Assembly: GCA_965214925.1 (NCBI GenBank)
Contig: OZ244028.1
Location: 2,361,960 to 2,425,959, forward strand
Origin: Candidatus Latescibacterota bacterium
GTDB taxonomy: Bacteria > Latescibacterota > UBA2968
Reading direction: 5' to 3'
DNA: 64,000 bases
Both the position numbers and the translations under genes were made by a program. The notes under the pieces were generated by a model. That model was not told where the DNA came from. It did not search any database and saw nothing but the letters and a program-made list of their open reading frames with translations. Positions 20,197 through 29,334 of this stretch are shown here, in pieces (within the stretch, counting starts at the first letter, position 1; each line of letters opens with the position of its first letter).

Positions 20197-22734
20197 ATGC
20201 GATCACTCCTCACTTGCACAATCGCATGTCTGTGGACATGGGCATGCGCCGCCGCCGAACCCGTTCAAACCCTGACCCATTGTGAAACCCTTTCCGGCTG
20301 GCCCGGCAGTGCGCGGTTATCTACAGATGCCGCCGAGGGGCGTTTTGCCATTGCCGCGTCCATGCCAACCGGTCAGACCGGGTTCTTGACCTACGATTTT
20401 CACAGCACCGGGCAAGACATCGCCCACAAACACAGCCTGAGTTTTTGGTGGAAGGTCGAGGGCACTGGCCTGCAAGACTTCAAAATCAAAGTTCGCAACT
20501 ACCCCTTGGTCAATGGCATGGAAGCCGTGTACACAATCTGGTCGGGCGCAACACCGCCTCGGGGTTGGCAACTTGCAAGCGTGCAACTCAGCGATCCCCA
20601 ATTCGATGACTGGGGCGGACAACCCGATCAGCATCGGCGATACATCACCTTCAGAACGGTCACCGGGCAAAATGCAAATGCGCGCCTGTTCATCGATCAC
20701 ATTGCAACGGTCGATCAGACCTTCTCCTGGCATATTGACGCGCCAGTACGAGAAACAAGCTCTGTTGCCCATCTCGATTTCAATGGCAGCGGCGCGGTCG
20801 GCTTTGGCGATTTCATCCTCTTTGCACAGAAATTTGGCGCGACCCAGACCGATGCAGCGTACGACCCTGCCTGTGACCTCGATTCCGACGGGGCGATTGG
20901 CTTTGGCGATTTTCTCGCTTTCGCCGCGGGATTCGGCTCTGACGGCACGCAGTGGCACCTCCCCATCACATTTGAAAACCACACCGCGCAGTCGTTGAGC
21001 ATTGAAGTGGGAACCGAAACGCAGGCCCTATCCACGCAGACCATTGGGGTGGGAACAACCCAGATTCGCGTGCCCATTCCCCGAGATCTCCTCGCGGCAC
21101 GCGACCCCTCCGATACCTACCCCATCCCGATTTGGGCGCAGGTTGCGGGGTTTATCCAAACGCGGATCAGTTGGATATCCTATGTGCCACAGCATGGGCC
21201 CTCGCGCACGTGGCAACAATTTGTGGCGGCCAAACAGCACCGCACAGAACCCATTTTGCCCGATTTTTCCTACGCGGGCTATCACTACTTCGGCAAACCC
21301 GTTCCCGATGTCCAAGGCGACGTGTTTGATGTCACAGCTTATGGCGCCATTCCCGACGACGACCTATCTGACCAGACCGCCATTCAAAATGCCATTCGCG
21401 CTGCCGAGCAAAACGAGGGCGGCATTGTCTTCTTTCCGCGCGGCGAATTTCTGGTCAATACCGATGCGGACAACAACCGCTCTATTTACATCCGCAGCAG
21501 CCATATCGTTCTGCGGGGAAGCGGCAGCCGAGCCGGGGGCACGATCATCCGACAGGTCAACCACATGCCGCCAACCAATCCCGATCAACTGTGGACATCG
21601 CCCTATATGTTCATTTTTCAACCGCGCAATACCAGCGACAGAACCCTGGCGCGCGTGACAGAATCCGCGGGCAGAGAAACCTTCCATCTCACTGTAGATG
21701 ACGCCTCTAACCTCATTCCCGGACAGTGGATTACGCTGTATGCAAACAGCACCGCAGCCATCGCAGAATTTCTCGCTCCGCACGCGGCAGAACCCACTTG
21801 GACGACCATGCTGACCAGCGGGATTCAAGTGCGCGAAAAGCACCGCATTGCCGACGTCTCGGGCAATCGGATTCGCCTCAACGAACCCCTGCACACACAT
21901 GTTAATCACGCGTATAATTGGACCGTGCGCGAATACCAGCACCTCGAAGAAATCGGTGTTGAAGACATCGGCTTTTACGGGTCGTGGTTCGATGAATTTG
22001 TCCACCACAAAGATGCCATCCACGATGGCGGCTGGAGTTTGCTGCGACTCAACCGATGCGTCAATTCTTGGATCCGGCGCACCGCGTTTGTCAACTGCAA
22101 TCGCGCGCTTCACATCGGTTCGAGTGCTGCCATCTCTGTCTATCACGTCACGCAGGCGGGCAACAGGGGCCATTCGTCCATTGCCAGCAATGGGGGTTAT
22201 GGCGTGTGGATTGGGCTTTCAGAAGACCTAGCGGGCCATTGGCACGGCCCGGGCACGAGCAGTCGCTCTGTCGGCACGGTGTACTGGCGATATGACATGC
22301 GCCCCAATCAGCGCATTGATGCTCACGGTGCCCAGCCTTATGCCAACTTGCTCGACCGCGTCACTGGCGGCATCCTGTATGGCAGTGGCGCGTCCACCGC
22401 CAATTTTCCCAATCACCTCCGGCATTATGTCCTCTGGAATTTCAAACACCAGGGCAATCTGACGCATTACGATTTTTGGCGACCAGGCAACGCGCGCGAC
22501 CGATTTGTGCAACCCATCATCGTCGGCTTTCACGGCGACCCAGCCACTTTTAATAAAAACACCCTCGAAGTCCTCGAATCCAACGGCAGCCCAGTCGCGC
22601 CCGAATCGCTTTTCGAGGCCCAACTCCAATCGCGCCTCCAAACCATCCCCCCATGGCTCAACGACCTCCGCACAGAATGGGACACCTTTCGCAACACCCC
22701 ACTCCCAAACGGCGATCACGGATTAAGCAGATGA
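20197..22734 (+). CDS. Secreted DUF4955-like/pectate-lyase-fold polysaccharide-active protein with paired EF-hand/dockerin-like motifs
   Basis: Signal peptide; DFNGSGAVGFGDF and DLDSDGAIGFGDF; LPDFSYAGY, FDVTAYGA.PDD, VLRGSG, PESLFEAQL; start moved to 20197. Confidence 0.75.
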   Translation: MRSLLTCTIACLWTWACAAAEPVQTLTHCETLSGWPGSARLSTDAAEGRFAIAASMPTGQTGFLTYDFHSTGQDIAHKHSLSFWWKVEGTGLQDFKIKVRNYPLVNGMEAVYTIWSGATPPRGWQLASVQLSDPQFDDWGGQPDQHRRYITFRTVTGQNANARLFIDHIATVDQTFSWHIDAPVRETSSVAHLDFNGSGAVGFGDFILFAQKFGATQTDAAYDPACDLDSDGAIGFGDFLAFAAGFGSDGTQWHLPITFENHTAQSLSIEVGTETQALSTQTIGVGTTQIRVPIPRDLLAARDPSDTYPIPIWAQVAGFIQTRISWISYVPQHGPSRTWQQFVAAKQHRTEPILPDFSYAGYHYFGKPVPDVQGDVFDVTAYGAIPDDDLSDQTAIQNAIRAAEQNEGGIVFFPRGEFLVNTDADNNRSIYIRSSHIVLRGSGSRAGGTIIRQVNHMPPTNPDQLWTSPYMFIFQPRNTSDRTLARVTESAGRETFHLTVDDASNLIPGQWITLYANSTAAIAEFLAPHAAEPTWTTMLTSGIQVREKHRIADVSGNRIRLNEPLHTHVNHAYNWTVREYQHLEEIGVEDIGFYGSWFDEFVHHKDAIHDGGWSLLRLNRCVNSWIRRTAFVNCNRALHIGSSAAISVYHVTQAGNRGHSSIASNGGYGVWIGLSEDLAGHWHGPGTSSRSVGTVYWRYDMRPNQRIDAHGAQPYANLLDRVTGGILYGSGASTANFPNHLRHYVLWNFKHQGNLTHYDFWRPGNARDRFVQPIIVGFHGDPATFNKNTLEVLESNGSPVAPESLFEAQLQSRLQTIPPWLNDLRTEWDTFRNTPLPNGDHGLSR

Positions 22735-22769
22735 CGCGGATTGCGCGGATGAAAAGGCGGAAAGGCGAA

Positions 22770-22799
22770 GAGTGAGGAGTGAGGAGTGAGGAGTGAGGA
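22770..22799. repeat. Heptamer repeat (GAGTGAG) x4 within a REP-rich intergenic region
   Basis: Direct reading; the same unit appears reversed (CTCACTC) at ~25855 and ~36775. Confidence 0.85.
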
Positions 22800-23209
22800 A
22801 TGCGAATTAACGTGCAAAGGTAGCGGCAGTGCCCCCGGGCCTGAGAAGGTGGGGCAGACATTCTTGTCTGCCTCTGTAGTGCTCTGTACCCGCGCAAATG
22901 AGTCGTGAGATAAAAACGCGGATTGCGTGAGGATCGCAGATAGGGCGTAGGGAGCAGCGCGTGCGGGGTCTGTGGGGTTCACCTAAATCCGCGTCCATCC
23001 GCGATCCAGACATGTAGGGAACGCAAGGGACCCGATATGCACCTAGCCAAAAAAATGCCGGATTGCGCTACGCCAATCCGACCTGTCGTGTTTGCCTTTG
23101 ACTCTGAAAACCCGCGACATCTCTTATGCGTGTTGTCATCGTTTTGCCCCTAAGAGGATGCTCTTCAGCTTTAAGTCCCACCCGAGTTTCCAGGTTCGTC
23201 TATGAACTG

Positions 23210-24160
23210 CTATTGCAGTTGCCTGCCTGTCGCGAGCTTTCGGCAGACAGGTACACCACGCCGTCTATTCGCCTCCGTCCTGAAATAGCCCCTCTGCCGC
23301 ATCAACAGGCGATAGAGATTGGGATGCTTTTTGAACGCCTCGCGCCCGTGCAGCCAGAAATGATTGTTGAGCACCACGAGATGATCGGGCGGCAAGGGCA
23401 GCGAAACCACCCCCGGAGAAGCCTCCATCGAATCGGAAAGATCGCGCAGGTATCGGCCCTGCTCAAGGGTTTCGGGATAGACAAACTGATCGATAAAACA
23501 CACACAAGCTTTGCCCTGCTGTTCGTAGAACGTCGGCTTTTCAACTGTGACGGGATAATTCTTACTCGGCGGCGATTGATAGACCATGGGCAAAGCGGCC
23601 AACGGATGACGGGCAAATTGCTCCAACGCCTCCCAATCATCCAAATGCAACACGCGCGACTCCCCTCCCACCGCGTCGCGCTCTGCCATCTTCATCATCA
23701 AAATCCAGTCTGTAATCTCGCGGATGTATGTGCCATCGGTATGCAGCGTGAACACGCGATACGCCTGGCGCAAATACGAATCGCTGCTGTCCGTATCCTT
23801 CACCTCAAAGCAAGCGTAATAATTTCCCGTCATATCGTCAAAATTGGGTATCCCGATCACATGCGAAACCGCCGTGCCAAACGCCACGCGCTGATCCATC
23901 GTCTCAAATCCCCCCTCAACCTCAAGCGTGAACCCGCCCGTTGCGCGGTCCCTCACGAGCGCGTTGATCTGCTCAGAGAAGTCATCCCCCAAGATTTTTT
24001 GCAGATAATCCGCCGCGATCAATCGCAGATACGGCACATAAGTCAATCGCTGTTCTGACAGATCCGCGACCTCGCGCACAAATATCGCTGCGGCATCGGC
24101 ATCGAGGATAATATGGCGCAGCCGATGATGGTCGGGATGTTGTTCAATTGCGTAGTTCAA
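23210..24160 (-). CDS. glaH: Glutarate 2-hydroxylase / CsiD family Fe(II)/2OG dioxygenase
   Basis: DSSDSYLRQAYR, LHTDGTY, LHLDDW, NNHFWLHGR, LMRQRGYF. Confidence 0.92.
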   Translation of the reverse strand: MNYAIEQHPDHHRLRHIILDADAAAIFVREVADLSEQRLTYVPYLRLIAADYLQKILGDDFSEQINALVRDRATGGFTLEVEGGFETMDQRVAFGTAVSHVIGIPNFDDMTGNYYACFEVKDTDSSDSYLRQAYRVFTLHTDGTYIREITDWILMMKMAERDAVGGESRVLHLDDWEALEQFARHPLAALPMVYQSPPSKNYPVTVEKPTFYEQQGKACVCFIDQFVYPETLEQGRYLRDLSDSMEASPGVVSLPLPPDHLVVLNNHFWLHGREAFKKHPNLYRLLMRQRGYFRTEANRRRGVPVCRKLATGRQLQ

Positions 24161-24291
24161 TTTTCACCTCTTCGGAATGCGGATGGACGCGGATTTAGGG
24201 ATGACGCGGATGAAACCCACAGGCCCCGCACACGCTGCTCCCTACGCCCCCTCATCCGCGTTATCTGCCTAACCCGTGATCGCCTCTGCGC

Positions 24292-25698
24292 CTACTGTCC
24301 CCGCGTGTACCTATCCATAAACGTCCGCATTGCTCGCGCGGGATGTCTTTGTTTGTACGCGCGAAACACATCCGGGAAATCCCCGATTGCACCGCGCGCG
24401 CGTTCCAATGCCTGCGCCACAACCTCGCGGCGCGGATCGGTCAGGGGATGTTCCTCATCGGCATCCGCATGCAGGTCGTAAACCGCGACCTCGGGCTCTT
24501 TGACCCCCACATCCATGTGGACGCTGTAGCGATCGTCCCGCACATTGAAATTCGTTCCCCAACCCGTCGTAATGTGATCCCGAACCGCGTCGGCCCCACG
24601 CGTTGCACATGCCCATGCGTCGAACCCGTCCAGCTCTTCACAGTCAACCGAAAGCATATTGAGAATGGTCGGCGTGATATCCTGATTCTGCGTCCAGATA
24701 TCCGCGCGCTGCCCCCGCGGCCCGTCCGGATGCCGGATGATCCAGTTGATCTGTGTATTAAAGGGATAAAGCGCGTTATTGCCCTTGCCAAAACGCCCTT
24801 TGTCCATCAACTGCGTCCCGTGGTCAGACAGGAACATCACCGCGGTATCGTCCCGCAGATTCAGGCGATCAATGGTTTCCAGCAAATGCCCAATCCAGCG
24901 ATCCACAAAGGTGACATAGCCCATGTACAATGCTTTTGTGCGCTCGATTTCCGCGTCCGTGACATCTCGCCCGCGCAAGGCACTGTGGTGAATATAATCC
25001 TTCACCGAAGGATCAAAAAAATAAGCATCGGCATATTGCCGGGGCGGATCCCATAACTCGTGTGGACTAAAGCTGTCAATCCACAAAAAAAATGGCTTGT
25101 TGCCCGCATTATCCGCCACCCATTGCGACGCTTCGCGGAACACCCGAGCCGCGAGATAATTTTCCTCGCCTTCCTGTCGATCCAGCATATTGAGCAAATA
25201 CTGAACAAGCACCGCGTGCTTCTTGGGATCTGCATCCCCATCCCGCACATGCGCGGCGAGATCAATGCGCGACATCGGCCCCGAGCGATATCCATCTTGT
25301 TCCTGCCCGCGGATAAACCGCCACGACAGAAAGCCCCGCGTGAAATTCTGCGTGGCCTTAAACATGTGATACGTGTCTGCAACCAAACCCGTTACAACGC
25401 CCGCATCATGCAGACGTTCAGCCAAGGTATCCTGTTCTGGCGGGATGGGATGCCACCCATTGCCCGCCGGCTGAAGCCCTTCATTGGGCGTGTCGAACCG
25501 CCATGGAAAAGACGGGATGCCCGTAAACACGCACCGCCGAAACGGAATCGTCGGCAACCCTTCGGCAAAACAGCGATCAAAGCTCAGACCCTCAGCAGCC
25601 AACTGATCCAAATGCGGGGTTTTCACATGGCTCAACTTTTTGCCTTCTCCAACAATATCTGCGCGAAACGTATCGCAGCAAATCACCACCATATTCAT
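24292..25698 (-). CDS. Sulfatase-like hydrolase with non-canonical TxPxR motif
   Basis: ICCDTFRAD, PTIPFR, DSFSPHELWDPP, SDHG; start moved to 25698. Confidence 0.85.
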   Translation of the reverse strand: MNMVVICCDTFRADIVGEGKKLSHVKTPHLDQLAAEGLSFDRCFAEGLPTIPFRRCVFTGIPSFPWRFDTPNEGLQPAGNGWHPIPPEQDTLAERLHDAGVVTGLVADTYHMFKATQNFTRGFLSWRFIRGQEQDGYRSGPMSRIDLAAHVRDGDADPKKHAVLVQYLLNMLDRQEGEENYLAARVFREASQWVADNAGNKPFFLWIDSFSPHELWDPPRQYADAYFFDPSVKDYIHHSALRGRDVTDAEIERTKALYMGYVTFVDRWIGHLLETIDRLNLRDDTAVMFLSDHGTQLMDKGRFGKGNNALYPFNTQINWIIRHPDGPRGQRADIWTQNQDITPTILNMLSVDCEELDGFDAWACATRGADAVRDHITTGWGTNFNVRDDRYSVHMDVGVKEPEVAVYDLHADADEEHPLTDPRREVVAQALERARGAIGDFPDVFRAYKQRHPARAMRTFMDRYTRGQ

Positions 25699-25763
25699 AC
25701 CATCCTCCTGATGTGATGAAGCGAATTGACGCAACGGGAGCCAACTGCAATAGCAGTTCACTA

Positions 25764-25883
25764 GGGTTGCCCTACAATGGACTGCTGGTTAATGATCACG
25801 GGCAACCACAGGGGGTTTGCCCCTACTGCTGGGATTGGGTTGGCCTTCTCGTCTCTCACTCCTCACTCCTCGCCTCTTACCTC
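25764..25883. repeat. Left ~100-bp composite direct repeat bordering the RM island
   Basis: ACTGCTGGTTAATGATCACGGGCAACCACA...TTGCCCCT...GGCCTTCTC...CTCACTCCTCGCCTCT matches 36698-36796. Confidence 0.85.
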
Positions 25884-28872
25884 AGCGGTAGGTCTGTGCG
25901 AACACGCTATTTGCCAGCCAGCGTTTGAATGCGGCATTCTCGGTATATTGCTTGTAGAGTTCGGTGTCGTCCGCGAGCAGTGCCATGATTGCATTCTCCA
26001 ATGCCTTGTCGTGTTCAATGCGGGTGTTCTGCTCGTCCGAGTGTTGCCGCGCGTTGCGATAGGCACGGTTGGCATCAACCATCTGTGGGACATCCTCGGT
26101 AACCATTCTGCGGATGCGGTCCGCATTGGTCCACGGAATATCGCCAAAAAGGTCGTTAAACTCCTGTAGAATATTGGAGAGCAAGTCCATTTTCGGCTCG
26201 GGCTTGTGCCCGCCGCCACTTGCGGGCATCGGCTCGATTTCCGCGTCCTCATCGGGCAGCAGAATTTGCATCGTCGCTTGTTTCTCCGCGCGATAACTGT
26301 CCATATCAATGGCGTCCTCGATGCCCAGCGACATATCTTTGGCTGCGGGTGTCGGCAACTTGGGAATGAGAAAGGTGAGAAAAATGGAGCGCTCTTCCCA
26401 CGCCACATTCGCGTAGGGAAGCACCTGCGACAGGAAGGCGTAGGCGCGCGTGAAGGCTTTGGCGTTGCCCTTGAAATCGACCTGCCCGTCCTCGTCCAGG
26501 TCCCTGCGGTATGTGTCCACGCAGGCGTTCAAAATCGGGTCAAAGGCGCCGCGGTCGTCGCCGTTCAGATACGACGCCACCAAATGGTGGACTTGCTCAT
26601 CGGAATAGACCTGCGAGTTGTCCAGCGCGGCCTTGAGGTCGTGCAACTTGTCGGGGTCGGTTTCATCCGCCAAAATGGTGGTGCGGTAGTAGTCGGCAAA
26701 CGCGTCCTCTATCGCGTCGGCGTCGTTGTGAAAATCTAGGACAAACGTATCGCGCTTGTGGGGATGGGCGCGGTTGAGGCGCGAGAGGGTCTGCACCGCC
26801 CGGATGCCAGAGAGTATCTTATCTACGTACATCGCGTGCAGCAAAGGCTCGTCATAGCCCGTCTGAAACTTGTCCGCGCAGACGAGAATCCGGTAGGGGT
26901 CTTCCTGAATCGCGGCGGCGATTCGCGACGACGGAAAGCCGTTCAACGACGCTTCGCTCACCCGCGCGCCGCGGTAATCGGTCTCGCCAGAAAAGGCCAC
27001 GATGGCTTTGTGTGGGCTGCCGCGCTCGAGCAGGTAGTCGCGGATGGCGTGATAGTAGGCGATGGCCATCTGAATGCCGCCGGTGACGACCATTGCCCGC
27101 GCCTGCCCGCCAATTTTGCGCGGCGCCAGTACCTGCTCGTGGAAATGGTCAACCACAATCTCGGCTTTGAGGCGGATGGCATGACTGTGGGTTTCCACGT
27201 AGCGGATCAGCTTTTTTCTGGCGTTTTTCGCATCAAATTCCGGGTCGTCCACGATGGTCTTGGCGAGGCGGTAGTAGCTCGTTACCGGCGTGTAATGGCC
27301 CAGCACATCGAGGATGAACCCCTCTTGGATAGCCTGCTTCATGGTGTAGCTGTGGAAGGGCAGATGATTTGTCGCGCCATCGGGCTGCGGCGACGGCCTG
27401 CCGAACAACTCCAGCGTCTTGTTCTTTGGCGTGGCGGTGAACGCGAAATAACTGGCGTTGGTCAACAGACGCCTCTGCGCGATGATGCGGTTGATTTGGT
27501 CTTCAAAAGTGTCCTCATCGCCCGCGCCCTTGTCGCTCAGTGCTCGCGCCATCGCCGAGGACGTGCGCCCGCCTTGGCTGGAATGGGCTTCGTCAATGAT
27601 GATGGCAAAGGTGTTGCCCCGATGGTCGCTGTCGATCTCGTCCAAGATGAATGGAAATTTCTGCACGGTGGAGATGATGATTTTCTTGTTTTCGCCGATA
27701 AAGCGGCGCAGGTCGCCGGCGTTTTGGGCGTGCCCAACCGTTGCGGCCACTTGCGCGAACTGCCGGATGGTATCGTTGATTTGCCGGTCGAGAATGAGCC
27801 GATCCGTGACGACGATAATGGAGTCAAAAATCGGCTTGCCGTCCTTTTCCAAGCCGATGAGGCGGTGCGCCAGCCAAGCGATGGAGTTGGACTTGCCGCT
27901 GCCGGCCGAGTGCTGGATGAGATAGCGTTGCCCAACGCCGTTCTCCGTTGCATCGTCCAGCAGTTTCCGCACCACGTCCAGTTGGTGATAGCGCGGCCAG
28001 ATTTGTGTCCGCGTTTTGCGCGCGGTCTTTGCATCGACAGACGCCACCAGCAGAGCGTAGTTTTCCACGATATCGGTCAGGCTCTGCCGGGTCAGCACTT
28101 CCCGCCACAGGTAATCGGTCTTGAGGCCATTGGGATGGGTCGGATTGCCGGCGCCGTCATGCCAACCCTTGTTGAAGGGCAGAAACCAAGACGACTTGCC
28201 ATTGAGGTGCGTGCAAAACAGCACCTCGTGATCATCCACGGCGAAATGTGCCAAGCAGCGGCCCAAGCGGAAAAGCTCCTCGCGCGGGTCGCGGTCGCGT
28301 TTGTATTGCTCGACCGCATCTGCCGCGGTCTGTTTGGTGAGGCTGTTTTTCAACTCGAAAGTCGCCACCGGCAGGCCGTTGATGAACAGCGCGAGGTCAA
28401 GGGTTCGCCGCGTGTTGGCACGGCTGTATGACAACTGGCGCGTGACCGAAAAGCGATTCTGTTCGTACAGCGCAGCGGCCCGCTTGTTGCCCGGCGATGG
28501 CGCGCCGTAAAAGAGCGCGATATCGTGCGGCCCGTGCTTGACGCGATTGCGGAGCACATCGACAATGCCGCGCGTGCCAATTTCGCGTTTCAGCCGGGCG
28601 AGGAACTTGCGGCGCGTGGGGGTGTCGGCATCCAAAGATAGGGCAGCGGCAATTTTCGGCTGCGTCGCGGTCAGGAAGGCAGACAACTGCGCCAAGTCCA
28701 CGCAGTACTCGCGGTCGTAATCGTCGCGATGGCCAAAGTGCCAGCCGGCGTCATACGCGGCCGGGCGTTCCCGTATATCACCGGCGCCAGATTTATCTGA
28801 CCTGTGGGTCAGGATCTCGCAAATGCGCCGCTCAAAGCCGCTTTCAGTGGTGTCGGTGGTCATCGGGGGCAT
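25882..28872 (-). CDS. hsdR: Type I restriction endonuclease subunit R
   Basis: DLALFINGLPVATFELKN nuclease motif, QHSAGSGKS, DEAH, FTATP, TGYDEP, QTLSRLNR. Confidence 0.96.
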   Translation of the reverse strand: MPPMTTDTTESGFERRICEILTHRSDKSGAGDIRERPAAYDAGWHFGHRDDYDREYCVDLAQLSAFLTATQPKIAAALSLDADTPTRRKFLARLKREIGTRGIVDVLRNRVKHGPHDIALFYGAPSPGNKRAAALYEQNRFSVTRQLSYSRANTRRTLDLALFINGLPVATFELKNSLTKQTAADAVEQYKRDRDPREELFRLGRCLAHFAVDDHEVLFCTHLNGKSSWFLPFNKGWHDGAGNPTHPNGLKTDYLWREVLTRQSLTDIVENYALLVASVDAKTARKTRTQIWPRYHQLDVVRKLLDDATENGVGQRYLIQHSAGSGKSNSIAWLAHRLIGLEKDGKPIFDSIIVVTDRLILDRQINDTIRQFAQVAATVGHAQNAGDLRRFIGENKKIIISTVQKFPFILDEIDSDHRGNTFAIIIDEAHSSQGGRTSSAMARALSDKGAGDEDTFEDQINRIIAQRRLLTNASYFAFTATPKNKTLELFGRPSPQPDGATNHLPFHSYTMKQAIQEGFILDVLGHYTPVTSYYRLAKTIVDDPEFDAKNARKKLIRYVETHSHAIRLKAEIVVDHFHEQVLAPRKIGGQARAMVVTGGIQMAIAYYHAIRDYLLERGSPHKAIVAFSGETDYRGARVSEASLNGFPSSRIAAAIQEDPYRILVCADKFQTGYDEPLLHAMYVDKILSGIRAVQTLSRLNRAHPHKRDTFVLDFHNDADAIEDAFADYYRTTILADETDPDKLHDLKAALDNSQVYSDEQVHHLVASYLNGDDRGAFDPILNACVDTYRRDLDEDGQVDFKGNAKAFTRAYAFLSQVLPYANVAWEERSIFLTFLIPKLPTPAAKDMSLGIEDAIDMDSYRAEKQATMQILLPDEDAEIEPMPASGGGHKPEPKMDLLSNILQEFNDLFGDIPWTNADRIRRMVTEDVPQMVDANRAYRNARQHSDEQNTRIEHDKALENAIMALLADDTELYKQYTENAAFKRWLANSVFAQTYR

Positions 28873-28978
28873 AGAGGAAGGTCTCCCGTCAATTATTTCT
28901 CCATTACAGCGTCGCGCCTCATTCGCGACGCCATTCGGTTACAACTCCCAATCCCGCCCCTGTTCGGGGGACATCAGA

Positions 28979-29240
28979 CGGCTCCAGTCAAACAACCGTC
29001 AAACAATTCGCTCCCGGTTGCAAGGCGAACCGGCCCAGAATAGCAGGTATGTTCGGCTCCAGTCAAGTACCAATCAAGTAACATAATTCATTTCTTTTCA
29101 ATAGTTTACGATACTAAATCACCCGCGTTCTAGGCCATCTGTTAAATAACCGTTAAACAATTCTTTGTTCAAATTCTGTCAAAAATTCCCTCAGCTAGCC
29201 TTTCAGTCAAACAACCGTCAAACAATTCGCGCCCGGTTGC
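28979..29240. repeat. Array of four related units (CAGTCAAACAACCGTCAAACAATTC-like), 65-79 bp apart
   Basis: Units at ~28985, 29060, 29139, 29204; units 1 and 4 are near-identical over ~37 bp. Confidence 0.75.
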
Positions 29241-29334
29241 CGACCTTGAATTCGACCCACTCGGTTTCACGCGGCAACTTGCACAATTCGCGCCCCAAGC
29301 CAGCGAGATATTCGAAAGAGCGGATGGAAGTCAT
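29218..29334 (-). pseudogene. Truncated AlbA_2/Schlafen-domain protein
   Basis: MTSIRSFEYLAGLGRELCKLPRETEWVEFKV then an early stop; its ATG overlaps the hsdS stop (ATGA). Confidence 0.7.

Larger units (their letters stand above)
23203..25760. mobile_element. Candidate non-autonomous transposable unit carrying glaH and a sulfatase-like gene
   Basis: Perfect 19-bp inverted repeats TGAACTGCTATTGCAGTTG (23203-23221) and CAACTGCAATAGCAGTTCA (25742-25760), each flanked by CTA; no transposase. Confidence 0.4.

Noticed and set aside
23126-24058. 310-aa + strand ORF
   Set aside because: Antisense shadow of glaH with no recognisable motifs.
26758-28431. 557-aa + strand ORF
   Set aside because: Antisense shadow of GC-rich hsdR.
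28979-29240. CRISPR call for the spaced repeats
   Set aside because: Units are too divergent, non-palindromic and irregularly spaced; kept only as an unexplained array.
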